From NCBI GenBank assembly GCA_965243655.1, contig CBDEVV010000017.1, positions 2,275,902 through 2,339,901 on the forward strand: a stretch of 64,000 bases of DNA. The letters are read 5' to 3'. The stretch is from Dehalococcoidia bacterium. GTDB taxonomy: Bacteria; Chloroflexota; Dehalococcoidia; Lucifugimonadales; CAJWER01. Of this stretch, positions 35,036 to 43,532 are shown piece after piece. The notes below the pieces were generated by a model, which had not been told where the DNA came from, made no database searches, and saw nothing but the letters and a program-made list of their open reading frames with translations. Numbering within the stretch: position 1 is the stretch's first letter; each line of letters begins with the position of its first letter. Position numbers and translations under genes: made by a program.

Positions 35036-36066
35036 AGGTGCGAGTCGGAGTTGTGGGCGTGGGACACCGCGGCATCCAGATCGCGAGGTCCGCGGCCGCC
35101 CTGGACGACGTGTCAGTGGCTGCCCTGGCCGACCTGGACGAGGGCCGCCTGAATGACGCCGCCAACGAGTTCGGCGTGGACAGGACATTCCCGCTGTTGA
35201 GCCAGATGCTGGAGAGCGTCGACCTCGACGCGGTGCTGGTGCTGACGCCCGACCTCGCGCATCGGGACCAGACGATCGCCGCGCTCGAAGCCGGCAAGCA
35301 CGTGCTCGTCGAAAAGCCTCCAGCCTATACCGTCGAGGACACCCAAGCGATGGCGGACGCGGCGGACCGGACGGGAACGCACCTGATGGTCGCCTGGAAC
35401 CGGACGTTCGGTCTCACCAGGGCGAAGGAGGTCTTCGGAGACGACGGGCCTGAAGTGGTGATGGCCGACTACGTCAGGCCCGGCCCGACTTACCTGGCCC
35501 TTGTCCGGATCCATGTCGTCAACCCGCTCTACTTTATGTGCGGCCCTCCGGCCGAGATCGCGGCCCAGGGCGAAATGCACGACGAGACCCAGGAGGGCAA
35601 CCTGCTGGCGAGCATCCGCTTTGAGAGCGGGGCGCTTGGCCAGATGACGGCCAGCCACGGCACTGGGGGGCACAGCGAGAGGTTTACGGCCTACGGCGGC
35701 GGCTGGTCGGTCTTCATCGACCACACGGGCAGGGGGGATGGCCGAATAGTGAGGAATGGCGAAGTCGTCGAGGAGCTGCCGCCGGTGGACACCGTCGCCG
35801 CACAGATGCGTCACTTCATCGACTGCGTAAAGACGGACACCCGGCCGCTCAATTCAGGGCAGGACGCCGTCGAAGTCATGAGAATGACCTACGCGATCAT
35901 GGATGCCGCCGGGTTCGGTGTGCCTCCGCCGCCGGGGGACACCCGCGGGTGGCTCCTGTGGTGCGGCTGCAGCGCGAAGGTCGTGTCAGGCGAGGCTTCG
36001 TGCGCGGACTGCGGTGCGGCATGGGGGGGCTGGTCCCTCACTACTGAAGAAGTGATGCGGGTCTGA
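35032..36066 (+). CDS. Gfo/Idh/MocA-family oxidoreductase with a Cys-rich C-terminal tail
   Basis: VGVVGVGHRG Rossmann motif and VLVEKPPA motif. The last 38 aa are WLLWCGCSAKVVSGEASCADCGAAWGGW (CxC...CxxC). Confidence 0.85.
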   Translation: MKVRVGVVGVGHRGIQIARSAAALDDVSVAALADLDEGRLNDAANEFGVDRTFPLLSQMLESVDLDAVLVLTPDLAHRDQTIAALEAGKHVLVEKPPAYTVEDTQAMADAADRTGTHLMVAWNRTFGLTRAKEVFGDDGPEVVMADYVRPGPTYLALVRIHVVNPLYFMCGPPAEIAAQGEMHDETQEGNLLASIRFESGALGQMTASHGTGGHSERFTAYGGGWSVFIDHTGRGDGRIVRNGEVVEELPPVDTVAAQMRHFIDCVKTDTRPLNSGQDAVEVMRMTYAIMDAAGFGVPPPPGDTRGWLLWCGCSAKVVSGEASCADCGAAWGGWSLTTEEVMRV

Positions 36067-36079
36067 TGGAGGGTCGAGG

Positions 36080-37249
36080 ATGAGCTGGGGCCGCCGAATA
36101 CTCACCTTCGCACGCCGCACACTGATCGCGCTGGCCGCGGTAGTGCTTGTCCTCGCGCTCCTGGTCCTGGTGACGCCGCAGGGCAGTGCAGCCTTCCGCG
36201 CGGCGATGTTCATACCCGAGGTGCTCCCCGATCTCCCGGTCAAGCCCCAGTCCTGGTTCTCGCGAGAGCCGGTGCAGGAAGAGATCGTGTTCGAAACGGC
36301 GTCGGGGCCCGGAGTTGCCGACATCTACAGGCCCGGGGCTGGTGGGATGCACGGAGCGGTGGTCTTCTTCCAGGGAGTCGTTCCCGGCGGTCGCTACGAT
36401 CCCAGGATCGTCGCCCTCGGCAAGGGGCTTGCGCGGTCGGGCATGGTCGTCATGATCCCGTGGTCGGAGACGCAGAAGACGCACCGCATCGCCGTGGACG
36501 ACGTCGACGTGCTGGTGCGCGCCTTCCAGCACCTCCAGTCGCTCGACTATGTCGACCCGGACCGCGTTGGGATGGGCGGGATATGCGTGGGCGCCTCACT
36601 TGCCATGGTGGCGGCACAGGACGAGCGGATACGGGGCGACGTGAGCTTCGTTAATTCATTTGCGGGGTACTACGACGCCGAGGAGTTCGCGAAGGCCATC
36701 GGGAGCAGGAGCCGCTTCGACGTGGGCTACTCGTCGCCCTGGGAACCCGACAAGCTCACCTACGGCGTCTTCCGCGACCACCTGATAGAAGGGGTCGTGT
36801 CCGACGACGACCGCCTCTTGCTAACCCAGCTGTACGTCGAAGGCAAGACACCGGAAGGCGACCTGGAGCAGATGGCTCCGGATGCCCTGGCGGTCCGCAG
36901 GCTGCTGGATGGCGTGCCCTACGATGAGGTCGACCTCGTAGTCGCGGAACTATCTCCGGCGACCGCTGCCTTCTTCGAGGCCATCTCGCCCAGCACGGCT
37001 ATCGAGAACCTGGAGGCGCGGGTGCTGATCATGCACGACACCGCCGACAGGCTCGTGCCGTCCGAGGAGTCGAGGAGGCTCGCCGCCATGCTGGACGAGG
37101 AGAACGTGTACCACACGGAGTTCTCGTTCTTCCAGCGCCAGATCCAGGTCCACGTGGGCGACGCGGGCGAGGTGGGGCTCTTAGACTACGTGCGTGAGGC
37201 CGCCAAGCTGTACATGCACATGTACAACATCATGCGCATCGTCGATTGA
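36080..37249 (+). CDS. Membrane-anchored alpha/beta hydrolase, dienelactone-hydrolase-like (Cys nucleophile elbow)
   Basis: N-terminal TM helix LIALAAVVLVLALLVLV. The elbow GGICVGAS (G-x-C-x-G) resembles dienelactone hydrolase. A late HDTADRLVP segment (His) is present. Confidence 0.7.
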   Translation: MSWGRRILTFARRTLIALAAVVLVLALLVLVTPQGSAAFRAAMFIPEVLPDLPVKPQSWFSREPVQEEIVFETASGPGVADIYRPGAGGMHGAVVFFQGVVPGGRYDPRIVALGKGLARSGMVVMIPWSETQKTHRIAVDDVDVLVRAFQHLQSLDYVDPDRVGMGGICVGASLAMVAAQDERIRGDVSFVNSFAGYYDAEEFAKAIGSRSRFDVGYSSPWEPDKLTYGVFRDHLIEGVVSDDDRLLLTQLYVEGKTPEGDLEQMAPDALAVRRLLDGVPYDEVDLVVAELSPATAAFFEAISPSTAIENLEARVLIMHDTADRLVPSEESRRLAAMLDEENVYHTEFSFFQRQIQVHVGDAGEVGLLDYVREAAKLYMHMYNIMRIVD

Positions 37250-37330
37250 CCAGGGCCTCTTCAGAGCCGTCACGGATTGTCCTGAAGGGCAGTCCTGAAG
37301 GTCCCTTGTCCGTCATACGGAGGAGGTTAG

Positions 37331-37435
37331 GATGAGTGTCACAGACCTGCCCCGCACCCAACCCCATCACCCCCGTATCGAGTACGGGGCAGGCTCTAAC
37401 CCTCTCTCGCAAAGGGGAGAGGGGACCCTTTGGAG
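37331..37435 (+). repeat. REP-like element, family B, copy 1
   Basis: GATGAGTGTCAC...CCCCGTA-tcgag-TACGGGG CAGGCTCTAACC, followed by a second hairpin CCTCTC...GAGAGG. Shares the core with 41649-41761 and 42307-42408. Confidence 0.8.
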
Positions 37436-37483
37436 CCATCGTCGATTGACCACCCGCCGGGACTGCCTCTACACTCGGCCTCG

Positions 37484-38959
37484 ATGACCGTCTCCCTCGG
37501 CCCATCACGGCGCATACTCGCGAGCGGGCAATACAAGTGGCTGGCGTACGGCGCCATAGCGACGGGCATCTTCCTGACAGTGATGGACCAGTCCGGGGTG
37601 AACCTCGCGATCCCCCGCATCGCCGAGCGATTCGTCCTGGACATCCCGACCGCCCAGTGGATCGTGCTGGGCTACATCCTCAGCACCAGCGCGCTCCTGC
37701 TGCCCATGGGCCGGGTCTCGGACATGCTTGGGCGGGAGCGCGTGTTCATGTCGGGGCTGATTGGGTTCATCATCCTGGGTGCCCTGGGCGGCGCTTCCCA
37801 GAGCTTCCAGGCGCTCATCGTCGCGAAGGTGCTGCAGGGAGTCGCCGCAGCGGCCATCCAGGCAAATGGGATGGCGATGATCATGGATGTCTTCCCCAGG
37901 TCGGACCGGGGGCAGGCCATCGGGATGTACATGACGATCATCGGCACGGGGTCGGTGACTGGGCCCATCATAGGGGGACTGCTGGTAAGCGCCTTCGGCT
38001 GGAGGGCGGTCTTCTTCGCAGGCGTTCCGGTCGGGCTCATGGCCTTCCTCGCGGCGGTGCTGGTCCTGCAGCGCCCAAGACCGGCCCGGGGCGCCTGGTC
38101 CTGGCGAAGCTCCTTCGACTGGACGGGAGCGGCCCTCTCCTCGGCGGCCCTGGTGTCCTTCCTGCTGGCCATGACGAGCGCCTACAGGCTCGGGTGGTCG
38201 TCGCCGCAGGTAGTCCTGGGCCTCATCTTTGCGGTCGTGACGATCGCCTCATTCGTGGTCTGGGAGGGCCGCAGCAGCCAGCCGATGCTCGACCTGGGAC
38301 TGTTCCGGACGGCCCTGTTTTCCATAGGCGTCTCAGCGCGGTCGCTGTCGTTCCTGGCAAGCTCGTCCGTATTCTTCCTCATGCCTTTCTACCTCATACA
38401 AGTGCTCGACTATTCGGCCAGGGACGCCGGGCTGATGATGCTCCCGGGCTCCGTGCTTATGGCGATAATGGGACCCGTCAGCGGCAGGCTGTCGGACAGG
38501 ATCGGGACCCGGTGGCTGGCTGCAGCGGGCATGGCGCTGGCCGCCTCGGCGATGCTGGTGTTCTCGAGGCTGGGGGTGGACTCGTCTGTCGTACACGTCA
38601 TGATCGGGATGGCGCTGTCGGGGGCGGGCATGGGGACATTCTCGTCGACGAACACGAGCGCCATCACGACCGGCCTGGGGCGTGAGAGGTATGGCATAGT
38701 CTCCGCGCTCCTCAACGTGACCCGCACGGCGTCAAACGTGACCGGGATCGCCATCGCGACGACTATAGTGGCGTTCACGATGGCATCGATGGGATTTGAA
38801 CCGAGCCTGGCGGCGGTATCGGAGAGCGGCGGGCAGGGTGTAAGGGAGGCATTCGTGGCGGGCATCCACAGGGTCTACCTGGTTGCCGCAGGGCTCACTG
38901 TTGCGGCGATGGTGCTGTCGGTGGTTCGAGGTGAGTCAAAGGGTAGGGATGGTGACTAG
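37484..38959 (+). CDS. MFS transporter, 14-TMS drug:H+ antiporter (DHA2/EmrB-like)
   Basis: About 14 hydrophobic segments. Motif A-like GRVSDMLGRERV and LDLGLF after TMS6. I trimmed the start to the ATG at 37484 because the track start reads out of REP element B1. Confidence 0.85.
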   Translation: MTVSLGPSRRILASGQYKWLAYGAIATGIFLTVMDQSGVNLAIPRIAERFVLDIPTAQWIVLGYILSTSALLLPMGRVSDMLGRERVFMSGLIGFIILGALGGASQSFQALIVAKVLQGVAAAAIQANGMAMIMDVFPRSDRGQAIGMYMTIIGTGSVTGPIIGGLLVSAFGWRAVFFAGVPVGLMAFLAAVLVLQRPRPARGAWSWRSSFDWTGAALSSAALVSFLLAMTSAYRLGWSSPQVVLGLIFAVVTIASFVVWEGRSSQPMLDLGLFRTALFSIGVSARSLSFLASSSVFFLMPFYLIQVLDYSARDAGLMMLPGSVLMAIMGPVSGRLSDRIGTRWLAAAGMALAASAMLVFSRLGVDSSVVHVMIGMALSGAGMGTFSSTNTSAITTGLGRERYGIVSALLNVTRTASNVTGIAIATTIVAFTMASMGFEPSLAAVSESGGQGVREAFVAGIHRVYLVAAGLTVAAMVLSVVRGESKGRDGD

Positions 38960-40505
38960 GCTCGGTGCCTAAGCCTACTCGCACTGGTCTAGCACTGGCC
39001 TTCGACCCTTCGACAAGCTCAGGACAGGCAGGCTCAGGCCGAACGGGTTCGGTGTCCGAGACTGGGCCTAGTGCCATCACGACGAGGCCGGCCTCGTGGC
39101 CGGGGCCGTGACAGTCGTTGTACCTGGTCAGGAGGTGCTCCTTGCAGGCGAGGATCCTGTCCGAGACGGCCTCGTGAGCGGCTGTGAACCGCCGGCCGAT
39201 CTCACTCTCGAGGCTCCACTCCGGGTCCACGACGCATTCGACGCCAGCCTGACCTGCGGCTGCCAGGTACTGCCTCCTGAGTCTTTCGAGGGTCCGGTCG
39301 CTCCTGTAGACGAGGGGCGCGACCATGAATCTGTCGGAGATGTAGAGGCCCAGCTCGTTGTCGAAGACCTGCACCAGGTCGACGTCCGGTATCCAGCCCT
39401 CCATGGCGAAATAGAGGTCCTCAGGAATGTCCTGGGAGACCCTGTGGTAGTAGAAGTCCTCCGGCTCCAGGGCCATCCTGACGTGCATGGGTTGTTTGTC
39501 CTCGTAACCCAGGAGTCCCTCAGCCGCCTCGTCCCGCTTGAATACGAAGGGGATGTTCCCGTTGGTGGCGTCGACAAGAGTTGTCTCGCCGTCGATGTTG
39601 AAGAGCAAGGCAGCGTGCTGCCAGTAGCGCATATGCCGCCGGGAGAACCTGAAGTCGAAGGTGGTCAGCATCTCTCTCAGCTGCGCCTCGGGGACCGGCC
39701 CGGGCACGTCCGGTCCTGCTATGAGGTACTCGGACTCGATGCCGAAGTGATCGGTGATGAACTTCAGCGCCTGCACCTTCTCCGAACAGATGCCGCCCGC
39801 GCCATCCATGATGTTCCGCACGGTCTCGTCGCCCGTCTTGTAAACGAGCTTGCGGCCCATGAACCGGGAGTAGTTCTCGAAGTCGCTCTCCCATATCCTG
39901 CGGGCTACCGCTTTCACCAGCTTCAGCTTGCTGGCAGGCGAGTCCAGTTGCAGGACTTCCTCCGCCTCTGCGGGGCTGTACTGCGTCTCCAGGCAGCCTG
40001 ACACGAAAGCGGCGTGCTCGTCGGGATAGAGGTCCCAGCGCCTGCGGTGGAAGCCGCGCCAGTTCCGGTCGTAGCCGACGCTCTCCCTGTCGATTTCGAT
40101 GTCGAACAGGAGGACAGATCGCCCTTCGGACTCGAGGGTGACGCCGTGAGGGACCTCGTCCGGCTCAAGCAGCCTTTCGTCCTGACGGAGCACCAGCCCG
40201 GGGTACATTTCTCCGAGAGTGCCGTCGTCGGAGCAACGGTATACGTAGTCCTGAATAGCGTGGAGGGCATCGACTGAGTCATCCGTGATGCGCCGCTGGG
40301 CAAGCAGGGCTGCTACGTCCGCGTGCTTCACGTACCGGTCGAGCATCTGACCGATAGCCAGAGCGCTTTCGTTGGGCTCCATGCGAACGGCCATGTGCCG
40401 ACCGGTCACGAGGTCGGTGACTCGGAGCAGAGTGTTCTCGACCGCCACTCCGACGGAGGCCGGAGTGGAGTCTTCGGTCGGGGGGTGATGCGCCGTCCCG
40501 GCCAT
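38895..40505 (-). CDS. Hypothetical 536-aa protein with a possible transglutaminase/papain-like Cys-His-Asp core
   Basis: GAGGICSEKVQALKFITDHFGIESEYL...RYWQHAALLFNIDGETTLVDATNG fits the G.C......L......GI....V...-H.W....-..D.T pattern. The last ~60 aa are low-complexity sequence encoded by repeat C and overlap the MFS gene end by 65 bp. Confidence 0.55.
   Translation of the reverse strand: MAGTAHHPPTEDSTPASVGVAVENTLLRVTDLVTGRHMAVRMEPNESALAIGQMLDRYVKHADVAALLAQRRITDDSVDALHAIQDYVYRCSDDGTLGEMYPGLVLRQDERLLEPDEVPHGVTLESEGRSVLLFDIEIDRESVGYDRNWRGFHRRRWDLYPDEHAAFVSGCLETQYSPAEAEEVLQLDSPASKLKLVKAVARRIWESDFENYSRFMGRKLVYKTGDETVRNIMDGAGGICSEKVQALKFITDHFGIESEYLIAGPDVPGPVPEAQLREMLTTFDFRFSRRHMRYWQHAALLFNIDGETTLVDATNGNIPFVFKRDEAAEGLLGYEDKQPMHVRMALEPEDFYYHRVSQDIPEDLYFAMEGWIPDVDLVQVFDNELGLYISDRFMVAPLVYRSDRTLERLRRQYLAAAGQAGVECVVDPEWSLESEIGRRFTAAHEAVSDRILACKEHLLTRYNDCHGPGHEAGLVVMALGPVSDTEPVRPEPACPELVEGSKASARPVRVGLGTEPSHHPYPLTHLEPPTAPSPQQ
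38990..39060. repeat. REP-like element, family C (TTCGACAAGCTCAGG... type), embedded in the 3' end of ORF 38895-40505
   Basis: CCTTCGACCCTTCGACAAGCTCAGGACAGGCAGGCTCAGGCCGAACGGGTTCGG contains the palindrome CCGAAC-gg-GTTCGG. On the minus strand it translates to the ACPELVEGSKA peptide typical of this kind of repeat. Confidence 0.55.
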
Positions 40506-40508
40506 CTG

Positions 40509-41549
40509 CTACCTGGCGGGGCCCCGCTCCATCGAGTAGGGCTGCCAGCGGCGCAGGTCGGTACTCTCCAGCACGGTGGGGTTCACGCACGCCATCGGCC
40601 ACCGGCCCGAGAGCACGAGGGCGACCTCCTCGGCGACGCGCCGCCGCCTGCGGGGGTCGAACCTGGCCGATGCCGATGCGACGTGCGGGCTGATCGTGAC
40701 GTTCTCCATGTGGAGCAGGGGGTTCTCAGGGTCGGGCGGCTCCTGTTCGAGCACGTCGAGGCCGGCCGCGTCGATCCACCCCTCCTCGAGGGCGCGGATC
40801 AGGGCGGCCTCGTCGACGGTGGAGCCGCGCCCGTTGTTTATGAAGAGCGAGTGCGGCTTCATCAGGCGGAAGTGCTCCTCGCCCAGCATCTTCTCGGTCT
40901 GCGGGGTGCCGGGAGCGTGCATCGAGACGATGTCAGAGCGCTGCAGGAGCTCCGTGAGCCCGACCGGCTCGACGCCGTATTCGGACATGACAAGCTCCTC
41001 GACGTAGGGGTCGTAGGCGAGTATCTGGAAGCCGAACGGTGCGGCCCTCTTCGCGACGGCGCGCGCCACGTGGCCGAATGAGATCAGCCCCAGGGTCTGG
41101 CCGATCAGCCGCGGGAACCTGTAGAGGTAGGGCCTGCCCTCCGACCACCGGCCGTCGCGCGACATCTTGTCCATCAGCGTGACTCGCCTATACGTGGCCA
41201 GCATCAGCGCCAGCGTGTGGTCGGCGACCTCCTCGATGAAGGTGTCCGGGACGTTGGTGACCGGGATGCCCCTTTTCGTGGCGGCTTCCACGTCGACACT
41301 GTCGGTGCCTACGCTCCCAACCGCGATGACCTTGCATGCCTCCAGCCCGGCTATGACCTCGCTCGTGAGGTTGCGCCCAGCGATGATGGCGTCGGCGTCC
41401 TTGGCCTGCGCTATGTACTCGTCGTTGGAATTGGCGTCCACGACGACGATCTCAGCGCCGATGGGCCGCAGGGTCTCCATCTCCAGCTCGTAAGTCGATG
41501 TCCAGGCGCTGCCGGGCAACGCGGAAGCGACAACTTTGAATTCTGCCAA
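40509..41549 (-). CDS. D-isomer-specific 2-hydroxyacid dehydrogenase (CtBP/PGDH-like)
   Basis: NAD-binding GLISFGHVARAVAKRA, NNGRGSTVDE, DVLEQEPP and SPHVAS catalytic His context. Confidence 0.88.
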   Translation of the reverse strand: MAEFKVVASALPGSAWTSTYELEMETLRPIGAEIVVVDANSNDEYIAQAKDADAIIAGRNLTSEVIAGLEACKVIAVGSVGTDSVDVEAATKRGIPVTNVPDTFIEEVADHTLALMLATYRRVTLMDKMSRDGRWSEGRPYLYRFPRLIGQTLGLISFGHVARAVAKRAAPFGFQILAYDPYVEELVMSEYGVEPVGLTELLQRSDIVSMHAPGTPQTEKMLGEEHFRLMKPHSLFINNGRGSTVDEAALIRALEEGWIDAAGLDVLEQEPPDPENPLLHMENVTISPHVASASARFDPRRRRRVAEEVALVLSGRWPMACVNPTVLESTDLRRWQPYSMERGPAR

Positions 41550-41648
41550 GACTCTACCCCCTCGAATCGGTAATCACAGCGCGGGATAGGATATGGGAAG
41601 CCGTCTTTGTGTGTCCAGTTCGGCCAAGTAAGGTAACTGCCTAGAGTC

Positions 41649-41761
41649 GATGAGTCACTGGCGGCCTTGCTTTAATGCAGCACGAGAGCCCCCATCCCCG
41701 TATCGAGTACGGGGCAGGCTCTAACCTTCCCCCTCGGGGGGAAGGGACAAGCCCGATGGAG
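41649..41761 (+). repeat. REP-like element, family B, copy 2
   Basis: GATGAGTCAC...GAGAGCCCCCATCCCCGTATCGAGTACGGGGCAGGCTCTAACCTTCCCCCTCGGGGGGAAGGGAC. Hairpins at 41696-41714 and 41725-41745. Confidence 0.8.
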
Positions 41762-41769
41762 TTGGGCCG

Positions 41770-42201
41770 TTATTCTCCGAGTCTGTTGGGGTCCTTGCCG
41801 GGCCCCAGCTCGGATTGCGATTCCCGCTCCGGGAGTACCAGGGCGAAACCGGCCAGGGCGATACAGGCGATGACGCTGATCGCGGCCATCAAGCCGCCTG
41901 CTATGTCCGCCAGTGGAATCCCGAAGATGAGGAACGCCGTAACGAAGCCGAGTACAACGGCGATGCGCCCGTTCGAGGGTGCCGCGAACCGGAGTCGTGA
42001 GGGGGCACCCTGCAGGGATTCCCTCACCCTTGCTTCTACCCTGGCATCGATGGCGTCCTGCACGCGGACCATGAATGACTCGATTACTTCGTCCTCGAAT
42101 TCCTTGCCCAGCTCCTGCCGGGCCAGCAATGCCACTTTGGCCTCATCGTCAACGTCAGACACGGGCTTCGGCACCTGTGCTCTTGCTTCGGTCGATGGCA
42201 T
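41770..42201 (-). CDS. Small membrane protein (143 aa), hypothetical
   Basis: Charged N-terminal half followed by two hydrophobic helices (IAVVLGFVTAFLIFGIPLADIAGGLMAAISVIACIALAGFALVL). A promoter-like TTGACG, 17-nt spacer, TATGCT lies upstream at about 42250-42278. Confidence 0.5.
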   Translation of the reverse strand: MPSTEARAQVPKPVSDVDDEAKVALLARQELGKEFEDEVIESFMVRVQDAIDARVEARVRESLQGAPSRLRFAAPSNGRIAVVLGFVTAFLIFGIPLADIAGGLMAAISVIACIALAGFALVLPERESQSELGPGKDPNRLGE

Positions 42202-42306
42202 AGGGCCCCCTCTGGAGGACGAAATACACAGTCATGTAATGCCGCTAGCATAAAAGCACATGCGTCCTTCGTCAACCCGTCAATGGCGAGGCAATTGTTC
42301 AGAGTT

Positions 42307-42408
42307 GATGAGGCATGGCAGTCTTGCCTTCCGCAGGGCGAGAGCCCCCATCCCCGTATCGAGTACGGGCAGGCTCTAACCTTCCCCTCGGGGGGAAGGG
42401 ACATGGAG
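42307..42408 (+). repeat. REP-like element, family B, copy 3
   Basis: GATGAGGCA...GAGAGCCCCCATCCCCGTATCGAGTACGGGCAGGCTCTAACCTTCCCCTCGGGGGGAAGGGAC. Same orientation as copies 1 and 2. Confidence 0.8.
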
Positions 42409-42537
42409 AGCTGTATCCCAAGTTGCGAGACGACTCCAATAGGAGGCGACGCACTCTAGCGGGGTAGAGCCGTGACGCTCGTCGCGGGGCTGTGATAGGC
42501 TTTCGCGCGGCGCTACTAAAACACTGGATTGCTGGCT

Positions 42538-43524
42538 ATGACCACTACTCGCAGCCTGGAACGAGTGCCCATCGAAGACGTGCGAGCCGCGCAGGTGCGG
42601 ATCGCAGACGTGACGCTTCGTGCGCCGCTCGTTCGCCTGAACCTCGACGACTCGGAATCCGGGGGCAACGAGGTGTACCTGAAGCTGGAGAACCTCCAGC
42701 CGAGCGGGGCATTCAAGCTGCGTGGCGCTGTCAACGCCATCAGGCTCGCGGACGAGGCGCAGCTTGAACGCGGCGTCTGGACGGCAAGCTCGGGCAACAT
42801 GGCCCTGGCGGTCGCGTGGGCGGCGCGGTACTTCGGGCTCAAGTGCGTGTGCGTCGTGGCGGACGTCTCACCCGACGCCAAGCTCGACGCCATCCGGGAC
42901 ATGGGCGCGGACATCGTAAAGGTGCCTTGGCTGGAGGTGCTGGAGATATGCCGCGTCCACCGGCGTGATGGGATGGACGGGCTGTTCCTGCATCCGTTCA
43001 GCGACCCGAAGGTCATGGCCGGCAACGCGACGGTGGGCCTGGAGATTGTCGAGGACCTGCCAGATGTGGACGCGGTGCTCGTGCCGTATGGGGGCGGCGG
43101 TTTCGCGATCAGCGTCGCGTCGGCGGTCAAGGCTCTCAGGCCCGAGGCGCGCGTGTACGCTGCCGAGGTGGAGGCGGGGCCGGCCTTCGCAGCATCTCTG
43201 GCCGAGGGCAAGCCGACGGAGATCGATCATCCAACTTCATTCGTGAGCGGCATCGGCTCGCCCATCGTGTTCGAGGACGTATGGCCGCTGGCCAGGGAGA
43301 TCCTGGACGGCTCGGTAGTGTCGACGCTGTCAGAGACGGCGAGCGCGGTCAGGCTCGTGGCGCAGAGGGCCAGGGTCGTGGCGGAGGGAGCTGGCGCGTC
43401 GTCTGTGGCTGGCGCGCTGTCCGGCAGGGCGGGCAGCGGGAAGATCGCGTGCGTCCTGTCGGGCGGAAACATCGACGCCGAGAAGCTCGCCGAAATCCTG
43501 CGCGGCGGCGTGCCGGGTCACTAG
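42538..43524 (+). CDS. Fold-type II PLP enzyme, threonine/serine dehydratase or racemase-like, paralog 1
   Basis: YLKLENLQPSGAFKLRGA (PLP lysine), SSGNMA and the glycine loop YGGGG. No ACT regulatory domain. ATG at 42538. Confidence 0.8.
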   Translation: MTTTRSLERVPIEDVRAAQVRIADVTLRAPLVRLNLDDSESGGNEVYLKLENLQPSGAFKLRGAVNAIRLADEAQLERGVWTASSGNMALAVAWAARYFGLKCVCVVADVSPDAKLDAIRDMGADIVKVPWLEVLEICRVHRRDGMDGLFLHPFSDPKVMAGNATVGLEIVEDLPDVDAVLVPYGGGGFAISVASAVKALRPEARVYAAEVEAGPAFAASLAEGKPTEIDHPTSFVSGIGSPIVFEDVWPLAREILDGSVVSTLSETASAVRLVAQRARVVAEGAGASSVAGALSGRAGSGKIACVLSGGNIDAEKLAEILRGGVPGH

Positions 43525-43532
43525 CCGAGCCC

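Noticed and set aside
41675-42253. 192-aa plus-strand ORF starting MQHESPHPRIEYGAGSNLPPRGEGT
   Set aside because: Its N-terminus is the translation of REP element B2. The rest is antisense to the better-supported membrane-protein gene at 41770-42201.
42305-42345. Hammerhead-ribozyme-like GATGAG motif at the left end of family B elements
   Set aside because: The core is (C/T/G)GATGAG rather than CUGAUGA in two of the three copies. There is no correctly placed GAAA or stem III, so the full catalytic core cannot be assembled.
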